From an uncultured virus (IMG/VR IMGVR_UViG_3300027782_006468) (lineage: Duplodnaviria > Heunggongvirae > Uroviricota > Caudoviricetes): a stretch of DNA of 20,000 nucleotides. The notes under the pieces were generated by a model. It made no database searches, was not told the origin of the DNA, and was given only the letters and a program-made list of their open reading frames with translations. The stretch lies in the IMG/VR virus record IMGVR_UViG_3300027782_006468, positions 56,940 to 76,939 of that record; one strand, given 5' to 3'. A program made the position numbers and the translations under genes. How positions within the stretch are numbered: position 1 is the first letter of the stretch; every line of letters begins with the position of its first letter. Positions 8,286 to 15,498 of this stretch are shown here, in pieces.

Positions 8286-9812
8286 TTATTCCTCTGCATC
8301 TATGACGCTATTTTTGGGTGATGTAACTTTCTTCTTCTTCTTATCAACAGAGTAAGTATCAAAAGCAATATCTTCGCTTCGTTGCATTTGAACCCTAGTG
8401 AGCCTTTCCTTGTAAGTTTCCACACTGATCTCGTAAATGTCCAAAGTTCCCATTGAAAAATCAAAAGCCATCTTGAATGGGAATCTTGATTTTCCATTTC
8501 TATGTTTTATAACAAATCCACGACCAACCTCTGCATCTTTTTCAATCGTTTGTTGATTGATCGACCAAAATCCATCCAAAGGTTTGAACTGGTCGAATGA
8601 TGTTCCAATATTTGATTCATCAATATATTGCGATATTTCTAACTTTGCGGCAGTTTGATTTGGTTGCACACAAGTTAATGTGCAATGTTGTTTCTCGACA
8701 CCAAATCCACGCAAATCTCTCAATATTCTATAAGCAGATTCATACTTTTTTACAGTTGGATCATCTTTCATTTCACCAACATAATCTATAATAACCAATG
8801 CTGGTTTCCATCCCATTGCCTCTAATCGTGAACAATATCCACGAATGCCATTCACATCTATAGAACCACCCGGAAATTGCTTTAATATAAAAAGATTTTG
8901 ATCATCTTTGTCTTTTCCAAATTCAGCAATAGTCTTCTTTATCTGTTCTTTTGATTCTCTTAAAAGATTAATATCTATCTTTGCAAATTGACTTGTAAAT
9001 CTCTGAGCAATCCCAACTTCATCCATTTCTAATGTTATGTACAAAACTTTATGACCAAGAAGAACATTTGCAACAGCAGCCTTTACTAGTGCCAAACTTT
9101 TTCCAGTTCCCGGCAAACCAATCCAAGCTGCAATCTGTCCGGGAAATAAACCACCATTCGTCAAGGCATCATCGATGGAAGGAAAACCACTAGTGAATCT
9201 TTCCTTGCCTTGAAATTGATCTTCCATTCTTCTGAACATCTCTTCGATATTCAAAAAATACTCTAATCCCGGTTCGTAGTCCGTATCCACACTCATAGAC
9301 TCACGCATTTTTTCATAAACATAAGACCATGTTTTTTCGTCTTCTGGTGCTTCCGACATCTTTTGCAAACATTCATGAAATGCTACTTTAATTGCTTGCA
9401 CCCTTGCAAAATATGTAACTCTTTCCAAAAGATATTCACGAGTATCAATGCCGGGAACATAGTAGTCATATAAGGCTTCAAGTTCAGAAATATAATACAA
9501 TTGAACTGAATTATCTTTTTCTTTAAGGTGATTTAAAAGCTCTTGCTTCAAAACAGCCATGTGAGGAGAAATTCTTTTTTCTTGAAAATAATTGAATAAT
9601 ATTTTTGTAATAGTGACATGAACTTCATTGCTGAAATAATGGGGCTTTAATTTGTCTATGCTTTGAATGAGCATAGTCTGATCCATCAACAACATTCCAA
9701 GAATTCTTCTTTGAAATGTATCATCCCATGCAAAATTTGTTTTTATACTATCTGGATCAGAGAAAGAATCGAATTTGGATTGTTCTTCTGGTGTCAACTC
9801 TCGCATGTACAT
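8286..9812 (-). CDS. Replicative DNA helicase (DnaB/T4 gp41-like, SF4)
   Basis: TSGFPSIDD..GGL, Walker A GLPGTGKS, YITLEM, Walker B IIDY, arginine finger KHRNG. The true start may be ATG 9806 (GGAG SD). Confidence 0.92.
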   Translation of the reverse strand: MYMRELTPEEQSKFDSFSDPDSIKTNFAWDDTFQRRILGMLLMDQTMLIQSIDKLKPHYFSNEVHVTITKILFNYFQEKRISPHMAVLKQELLNHLKEKDNSVQLYYISELEALYDYYVPGIDTREYLLERVTYFARVQAIKVAFHECLQKMSEAPEDEKTWSYVYEKMRESMSVDTDYEPGLEYFLNIEEMFRRMEDQFQGKERFTSGFPSIDDALTNGGLFPGQIAAWIGLPGTGKSLALVKAAVANVLLGHKVLYITLEMDEVGIAQRFTSQFAKIDINLLRESKEQIKKTIAEFGKDKDDQNLFILKQFPGGSIDVNGIRGYCSRLEAMGWKPALVIIDYVGEMKDDPTVKKYESAYRILRDLRGFGVEKQHCTLTCVQPNQTAAKLEISQYIDESNIGTSFDQFKPLDGFWSINQQTIEKDAEVGRGFVIKHRNGKSRFPFKMAFDFSMGTLDIYEISVETYKERLTRVQMQRSEDIAFDTYSVDKKKKKVTSPKNSVIDAEE

Positions 9813-9854
9813 CTCCGTTTTTATTTGATTCCAGAGATTACCAAATTTTACAAT

Positions 9855-10703
9855 TTAAGTAAAGGTGCTTTTTGGTTTTAAAAGCGATAGTTTCATCTTC
9901 TTTTGCGGAGAAGATGTTCCTTCAATCAAATCCTTGAATCTAAAATAACCATCCATCCAATTTTGCGTCAAAGTGTGATAAATCAGACAATCTCCATAAT
10001 AATTGTTTGTCTGCACATCTTGCTTTGTAAAATATTTGTATTTTAAATTTTTATCAAGCACGAAAATCGAACAAGCAAGTTCTTCCCTTCCTTGTGGCGG
10101 TTCATTCTTATCAGAAGTAACTTGGTGCAACCAATCACCCAATTCATGCGTTCTATCTTTGAGTGCAAGGCATAAATCAAAAACCTTTGTTGCATATTCT
10201 TTCAACAAACCTTTATTCCACAAAACCACACCACTATTGAATGGTCGCATAGTCGTAGATTTATAGGTCATAGAATATCTTTCACCAAAACAATTCTTAT
10301 CAGCAACAAAATCATACTCATCAAGCAAATTGAAAAGATGTGATATATCACCAAAGATAAAAGTGTCGGCATCCAACAACAATGTTTTTTCTTCAGATGC
10401 ATTAACTAAAAACTTTCGTTGTGCGGAACAATAACCTTTCTCCTGACCCATCTGAATGTCGTCTATTACTTTAACATTTACATTCAAACGATTACACAAC
10501 TCCATAAATTCATTTGTGGTGATCTGTGGGATTTTAGCGGCACATTGAAGCAGTCCGCCAACATTACGATTATTTTCGTTATTATCTTTGATGTAAAAAA
10601 CATCGACTGGAATAGAAGGATTATGCTTACGCAAGGTTATTAGGCTGCACCTTGCCATAGAAAGATAAAACCAGAATTCATTTACAATATAAACTATTCG
10701 CAT
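9855..10703 (-). CDS. GT-A fold glycosyltransferase (GT8-like)
   Basis: SLITLRKHNP, DxD motif LLLDADTF, FNSGVVL, late IYH. Confidence 0.75.
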   Translation of the reverse strand: MRIVYIVNEFWFYLSMARCSLITLRKHNPSIPVDVFYIKDNNENNRNVGGLLQCAAKIPQITTNEFMELCNRLNVNVKVIDDIQMGQEKGYCSAQRKFLVNASEEKTLLLDADTFIFGDISHLFNLLDEYDFVADKNCFGERYSMTYKSTTMRPFNSGVVLWNKGLLKEYATKVFDLCLALKDRTHELGDWLHQVTSDKNEPPQGREELACSIFVLDKNLKYKYFTKQDVQTNNYYGDCLIYHTLTQNWMDGYFRFKDLIEGTSSPQKKMKLSLLKPKSTFT

Positions 10704-10714
10704 GTTTTTATATT

Positions 10715-10791
10715 ATGGAGTGGGGGGTTACAAAACTGGGCTTTTGAAATTATTATATATATTATCCCGGCAACCTAATACCCCACTCCGT
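10715..10791. other. GC-rich interrupted inverted repeat filling the intergenic gap
   Basis: GGAGTGGGG (10717-10725) / CCCCACTCC (10781-10789); inner arms GGTT/AACC and CTGGG/CCCGG surround an AT-rich loop. Confidence 0.7.
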
Positions 10792-10804
10792 TGATTTATA
10801 ATAG

Positions 10805-11380
10805 CTATTCGCCATTTAAATAATCATATTCAGAAAGAGAAACCTGACCCGATCTTATTGATTTCTCTCTTGTTATTTTTTTGCCCATACTTTTTTGCCC
10901 ATTCCAAACAATTGCTTTGCAGTATGTGGAAAATTTTGTGTCTATTTTCAATCGTTCATTTCTATCTGGTCTAACTTTCTTTGGAACTACAGACTTCACA
11001 ATCAAATCAAGCATGCGTTCCTGCTTGTATCCAAACTTCTGTCTGTTCGCACCATGCCTAGTTCTATTGCTCCACAAATCTTGAAGCTTAACTATTATCT
11101 TCTTCATGAAGCCATCAATATTGTGCTGATCTACAGAAGCCAAACACTTCTCAATATATATCTGTCTTTTATAATAAGATCCAGCACGAATGATTGACAA
11201 TTGCAATTCTTGATTTATATCTTCAAAATCATCAGTGTAATTATTTTTTGAGTTTTTCTTTTGCAATTGATGTGCTGCGTAATAACAAAGCTTTCCAAAG
11301 CACTTAGTGAGATGATCATATTCCAATTGAGTTATCGGAAACGATTGGCAAATGTTTTTCGGATTCTTTTGATTTTTCAT
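10805..11380 (-). CDS. Sigma70 region-2-like protein (candidate phage sigma factor) with an internal insertion
   Basis: LCYYAAHQL...DFEDINQELQLSIIRA resembles regions 2.1-2.2 (DLIQEGNIGLMKA); KFSTYCKAIVWN resembles region 2.3 (KFSTYATWWIR); ends with a VSLSE motif. No region 4 visible. Confidence 0.55.
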   Translation of the reverse strand: MKNQKNPKNICQSFPITQLEYDHLTKCFGKLCYYAAHQLQKKNSKNNYTDDFEDINQELQLSIIRAGSYYKRQIYIEKCLASVDQHNIDGFMKKIIVKLQDLWSNRTRHGANRQKFGYKQERMLDLIVKSVVPKKVRPDRNERLKIDTKFSTYCKAIVWNGQKSMGKKITREKSIRSGQVSLSEYDYLNGE

Positions 11381-12710
11381 TCTTAGTCCTATTTGGCAGT
11401 TTAATTGTTTTCATCTCAGTAATTTTTCTTCCAACAGAGCAAGAAATGCTCATGCTCAAATTTGGAAATAAATTACATTCTGAAACCAACGATTTATGGG
11501 AAGCCAAAATAACTTCTTTTAATTTTTCCCTGTTTGCATAAATCATATACCCGTCATGTACATTATAAGCTATTCTCCCAATACCATTCAAGGATTTGTA
11601 AAGACCAATCAATTGATACAAACAATAAATGGCAGAAGGAGATTGAACTGCAAAATTTCTAGCCCTATAAGACTTATCTTGAAAATGCCTTGTTTTTCCA
11701 CAATAATCCACGACTTTTTTATCGATTTCGGCTTTGTTCTGGTAATCTTCAATCCACTTATAAGCTTTAAAAAATATATTTTTAATTCGATCAACAATTG
11801 CTTCTGCAACTTTTATTGGCAATCCAAACTTCTCTGATATTCCATAAGCACTCATACCATAAAAGACAGGCAAAAATATTTTTTTACATAATGATCTTTT
11901 GTCTTCGGAATCACAAGGAGTTTTCAAAATTTTCTCATAAGCAACTCTGTAGATGTCCTCGCTATCACACAAACCATTTATTTCCTCATCACCAGACAAC
12001 CAACCCAACATTTTAACTTCCATGCTTTTGTAATCCATATAAACAAATACGGAATCAAAATCCAAAGGCTTCAATAATTCACGCTGTTCTGGACTTATGA
12101 CATGCGGAACGAATGATCTAGTGAGAGCCTTATAGCAAAGCATTCTTCCATTTTCTTGACCAGTTATGTCATAAAAGGCATGTACCTTTTCGGTTGTCAA
12201 TATACCAATCGTTTCTAGCGAAGGAACTACTTCCAAAGCTAAAGGAAGATGAACCGACTTGTAAATCTTTTGTGTTTTAGACCAATTCTCAGAAGACATG
12301 ACCTTTTTCAATCTTCCCATGAATTCAATCATCGTTTTTGGCTTTTCGAGCTTTGTATCTGTATAGCTTTCCAAAATCTTAAGATCAATGAGTGTTCCCT
12401 TAAATTCAATAGTAATCCCATACATTCCCAACAAAAATGAAGCTATGACTTTCCAGTTCCAAACAAGTATCTTTTTGCCTTCACAACACAAAGAATTAGA
12501 AAAAGCCTTTGAGAATATTCTTGCAGACCAATCTCCATCCAAAGGTATCTCATGCGAACCAAAAGAAGAACAAATAAATATCGTGGCTTCTTTAGCCTTT
12601 TCTCTGCTCGTAAAGTCCAATACAGCATCCGTAGCTGAAAGGTAAACAGCCCCTGTTGCTGCATGATCATACAACAGCTTAACAATTTGACTGGGATGCA
12701 TGGAACTCAT
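11316..12710 (-). CDS. Family A DNA polymerase, thumb-less, with degenerate 3'-5' exonuclease domain
   Basis: KVHAFY..G..NGRM (RVHTSY..TATGRL), motif A YMDYKSMEVKML, DIYR, motif B RSLCKKIFLPVFYGMS, RARNFAVQS, motif C YNVHDG; only 464 aa. Confidence 0.88.
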   Translation of the reverse strand: MSSMHPSQIVKLLYDHAATGAVYLSATDAVLDFTSREKAKEATIFICSSFGSHEIPLDGDWSARIFSKAFSNSLCCEGKKILVWNWKVIASFLLGMYGITIEFKGTLIDLKILESYTDTKLEKPKTMIEFMGRLKKVMSSENWSKTQKIYKSVHLPLALEVVPSLETIGILTTEKVHAFYDITGQENGRMLCYKALTRSFVPHVISPEQRELLKPLDFDSVFVYMDYKSMEVKMLGWLSGDEEINGLCDSEDIYRVAYEKILKTPCDSEDKRSLCKKIFLPVFYGMSAYGISEKFGLPIKVAEAIVDRIKNIFFKAYKWIEDYQNKAEIDKKVVDYCGKTRHFQDKSYRARNFAVQSPSAIYCLYQLIGLYKSLNGIGRIAYNVHDGYMIYANREKLKEVILASHKSLVSECNLFPNLSMSISCSVGRKITEMKTIKLPNRTKNEKSKESEKHLPIVSDNSIGI

Positions 12711-12716
12711 ACATAA

Positions 12717-12744
12717 AATCTACCATAGCTTGAACTTAAATCAA
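12717..12744 (-). promoter_or_regulatory. Possible sigma70 promoter giving a (near-)leaderless polA transcript
   Basis: Minus strand TTGATT, 16-nt spacer ending in TGG, then TAGATT, 6 nt before ATG 12710; no SD. Confidence 0.4.
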
Positions 12745-12749
12745 TAGAG

Positions 12750-13500
12750 AAAAGTCGTAACAAAGTATTTTTCTACTATTTTTATATCTTTATATTTTAA
12801 ACCGAGTTGCCGACTTAGTTATCTTGCTGTTTAATGTATGAATTAAATAAAATTACATACATAATCAATTGAATTGTTTCTGTGTTTAAACATATCGTAA
12901 TTCATTTGATTCAACTGATAACTCATAGTATGAATTCTTATGAACATCATAAGATTCCTTGTGTTTTGAACAATTGATACCAATGAAGCCATATAACTCA
13001 CAGTTGTTCCCATTTCTTGTCTGCAAAATGAGAGTCGGCTATTTTTGACACAACTGCGGAAGACTTGGCTTTTCGAGCATAACAATGGTTCTCGTTGCAC
13101 CATTCGTGTTTTTCACTACAAAGACTTACCCGTCAGGGCTGCTCAAGTTTTTTTCACGGTAAGTTATCGTTGGGGTATCCTCAACAATTACCTAAAGGGG
13201 AAGAGTAAGCTTCCGTCTTAGTTATTTATAGTTTCTATGACAAGTAGAATTATTATAATTTAGGTAAGAGAAAATTGCAATCGATTATTTTGAAAAAATA
13301 ATTTCATTTTCAATAATCATTGCAAAAACTACAGATGTGATTAGTCTAATTCTTGTTTTGATAAAAATGAAAAAATTTTTTCAATTAATTGAATGACGAT
13401 TATCGTAAGCAATACTAACCAAAGTAATAAAATAATTTCATTCATTTTTGATATCATACTTTAATCTAAGATAATTTTCAACTAGATAAAATGCCATCTT
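12750..13500. ncRNA. Candidate structured non-coding element (large ncRNA, long leaders, or replication origin)
   Basis: Largest gene-free gap in the window, with more than 10 stems found by eye, e.g. 12834-12862, 12932-12957, 12986-13071, 13084-13104, 13123-13165, 13169-13185, 13188-13267, 13275-13325. No known family recognised; strand unresolved. Confidence 0.5.
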
Positions 13501-13526
13501 GAGAAATTTTATTTATAGGGTATAAT
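13499..13526 (+). promoter_or_regulatory. Possible sigma70 promoter for the 229-aa gene
   Basis: TTGAGA-N16-TATAAT. The -10 ends only 1 nt before ATG 13528, so if this promoter is used the true start may be ATG 13564. Confidence 0.4.
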
Positions 13527-13527
13527 A

Positions 13528-14217
13528 ATGATCGATTCAAAAAAACTAGCCGAGAAATACAAGATGGATGAATTAGAAGTAAAAGCTTTGAATGTATGTC
13601 AAATATGGATGGAAATGAGTAAAAAATTATTTCCAAGTTATAATCATAATAAATTTGGAAAAGGAGATCCAAGAAAAACTTTAATGTTTAAAGTTTGCTA
13701 TAAGCTAATTCGTGAAACTTCTGGATTTATAGGGGATGACGATTATCCATTATATGTTCGAGCGCAATTAGATATATTGAAACATATAAGTTTAGATAAA
13801 GGTCATCCACTTATAGAAGTTAATTGTTTAGTTGGAGATAAAGCTTGGAAACGATGGAAATTATGGAAGAAAAAGTATGATACTACTGTTCAAATTAGAT
13901 CAAAAACCGCCACAACTAAAGTTAACAATCCCAAAATCATTGAGGCTCTTAGAAAAACCAAAGAATTCTTTAGTTTACAATTTGAAAATAAACCATCTTA
14001 TGAAAAATTTAAAGAATTTGAAAAAGATGGATCGCTATACCGATATGTAAATTTTGGTAAAATATCTCCGTACTATTTAGTTTTGTCTCCATACTTTGAA
14101 AAACTTTCTAAAGAATGTGTGATGCAAAAGATGAATTTTGATATTCAACTATATAAGACTGGTATAGATGAGGCTACTTTAGAGCATTTTAAGAATTTAT
14201 TTATATATGAATTTTAG
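13528..14217 (+). CDS. Hypothetical protein (basic/aromatic, likely nucleic-acid binding)
   Basis: 229-aa ORF divergent from polA; KAWKRWKLWKKK patch. YRYVNFGKISPYYLVLS is weakly reminiscent of the gp59 helicase-loader C-domain (unverified). Confidence 0.75.
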   Translation: MIDSKKLAEKYKMDELEVKALNVCQIWMEMSKKLFPSYNHNKFGKGDPRKTLMFKVCYKLIRETSGFIGDDDYPLYVRAQLDILKHISLDKGHPLIEVNCLVGDKAWKRWKLWKKKYDTTVQIRSKTATTKVNNPKIIEALRKTKEFFSLQFENKPSYEKFKEFEKDGSLYRYVNFGKISPYYLVLSPYFEKLSKECVMQKMNFDIQLYKTGIDEATLEHFKNLFIYEF

Positions 14218-14660
14218 TCAAGCCAAGATATAAAATCACGAACATTCATATATCCTACTTTTCTTTTAATTTCATTTTCATTTTTATCCACAATAATTGT
14301 GCAAGGTATGGATTTAACTCCATATTTCCCTGCAGTACTTTGATTTTTATCAACATTTATTTTAACGATAATTGTATCATGAGATTCTACAGCACTAATT
14401 GATCTACTTGAAGTTAATGTATCATGCTCAAATTTTTGACACCACACACACCAATTTGCTCCAAAAACAAGAATCATTGATTTGTTTTCTTTTTTTGCTA
14501 TTTTTTTTGCGTTCTCATAAACATCATCTTTTTGGATTACAATATCTTTGGATGTTTGATTTATAATTATTTTTTCACTTTTATTTGAATTTGTATTTTT
14601 TGTTAAAAATATCAGAGCAAGACATATAGACGCTAAAAGAATATTAATTGCATTTTTCAT
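14214..14660 (-). CDS. Thioredoxin-family protein with an N-terminal signal/membrane anchor
   Basis: FGANWCVWCQK (CxxC), KINVD, YGVKSIP (cis-Pro loop); hydrophobic N-terminus ILLASICLALIFL. Confidence 0.88.
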   Translation of the reverse strand: MKNAINILLASICLALIFLTKNTNSNKSEKIIINQTSKDIVIQKDDVYENAKKIAKKENKSMILVFGANWCVWCQKFEHDTLTSSRSISAVESHDTIIVKINVDKNQSTAGKYGVKSIPCTIIVDKNENEIKRKVGYMNVRDFISWLD

Positions 14661-14667
14661 TTCACTC

Positions 14668-15468
14668 CTAATATGTCATAAATATTTTAGATATAGATTC
14701 TACAATTTCTTTTGGTTCTTGCGTTGGTGCAAACCATTCATCCCACTCTGATGGCTGAACTTTCCATGAATGTTGCTTTGTTGTTGAATCAATATCATAT
14801 CCCCAACAACGAATTAATCCTTTTTTGGCATCCCAATAAAGGTCTATATCGAATTGTTCTGCTCTTGAAGCGGTTGGTGCTTCAACGCCACCACCACGAA
14901 ATTCAAAAACATATTTGTGATAATTTTCACTCTTCTTATACATACCAATTGGAAACATACAATAAGATGGAAATACTTTTCTTACATTATTGAACATTTT
15001 TAGAGATAGTTTATCGAATCCTTTAAATTGAACATTTGGAGAATCAATAAGCTGTTCATTTAAATTAACTAAATAAGTGTGAATTTCAGAAGCATATATT
15101 TCTTCTCTTGTATTGTGATATCCTTCATCCAAAGGAAATACTTTTTTGCAAATCCAATTACTTTCACCAACAGCATCAATAACTTTTCTTCTGGCAACAA
15201 TCTTATAAGACCCTAAAGGAGTTAATTGTAATTGCAACGCACCAGCTTCATCACCCCATTCTATAAGGTTTTGAAATTTAGGGTTTGCTATGTAATTTCC
15301 AATTTCTGGTGTAGAAAGTAATTCTGAAATAATTTTACTTGAATGAATAATGTCAATAGGCATATGACCTTCAGCTGGCTTGGTTCCACCAGCTGGTTTT
15401 TTTAATTTTTCGCCAAAGCCAAAGTCAGCCCATTCTTTTAAGCTGATAAATTTTTTGAAGCTATACAT
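14668..15468 (-). CDS. Hypothetical protein, possible virion/internal head protein
   Basis: ORF 14668..15534; ATG 15468 (MYSFKKFISLKEW) preferred because it avoids overlap with the divergent gene and follows CTATATATA. Confidence 0.72.
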   Translation of the reverse strand: MYSFKKFISLKEWADFGFGEKLKKPAGGTKPAEGHMPIDIIHSSKIISELLSTPEIGNYIANPKFQNLIEWGDEAGALQLQLTPLGSYKIVARRKVIDAVGESNWICKKVFPLDEGYHNTREEIYASEIHTYLVNLNEQLIDSPNVQFKGFDKLSLKMFNNVRKVFPSYCMFPIGMYKKSENYHKYVFEFRGGGVEAPTASRAEQFDIDLYWDAKKGLIRCWGYDIDSTTKQHSWKVQPSEWDEWFAPTQEPKEIVESISKIFMTY

Positions 15469-15498
15469 AATTATATATAGATTAACAAAAGGATAAAA

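Noticed and set aside
11316..12710. PolA as a pseudogene or an intein/intron-split gene
   Set aside because: The frame is uninterrupted, the key catalytic residues are retained, the deletion matches the thumb boundaries cleanly, and no separate thumb fragment was recognised in the window.
12843..13103. 86-aa minus-strand ORF in the large intergenic region
   Set aside because: No SD or recognisable motif, atypical composition, and it overlaps many inverted repeats. Probably spurious, though not excluded.
12745..13500. RNase P RNA, group I or group II intron, or tRNA as the identity of the structured region
   Set aside because: GAGAAAAGTC at ~12747 resembles the RNase P GAGGAAAGUC, but no matching distal P4 strand was found. 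No group II domain V, convincing group I core or cloverleaf was seen, and the flanking genes are divergent rather than split.
14214..14660. Thioredoxin as a T7-style processivity factor for the PolA
   Set aside because: T7 Pol binds thioredoxin through a thumb insertion, which this enzyme lacks, and this thioredoxin appears to be exported.
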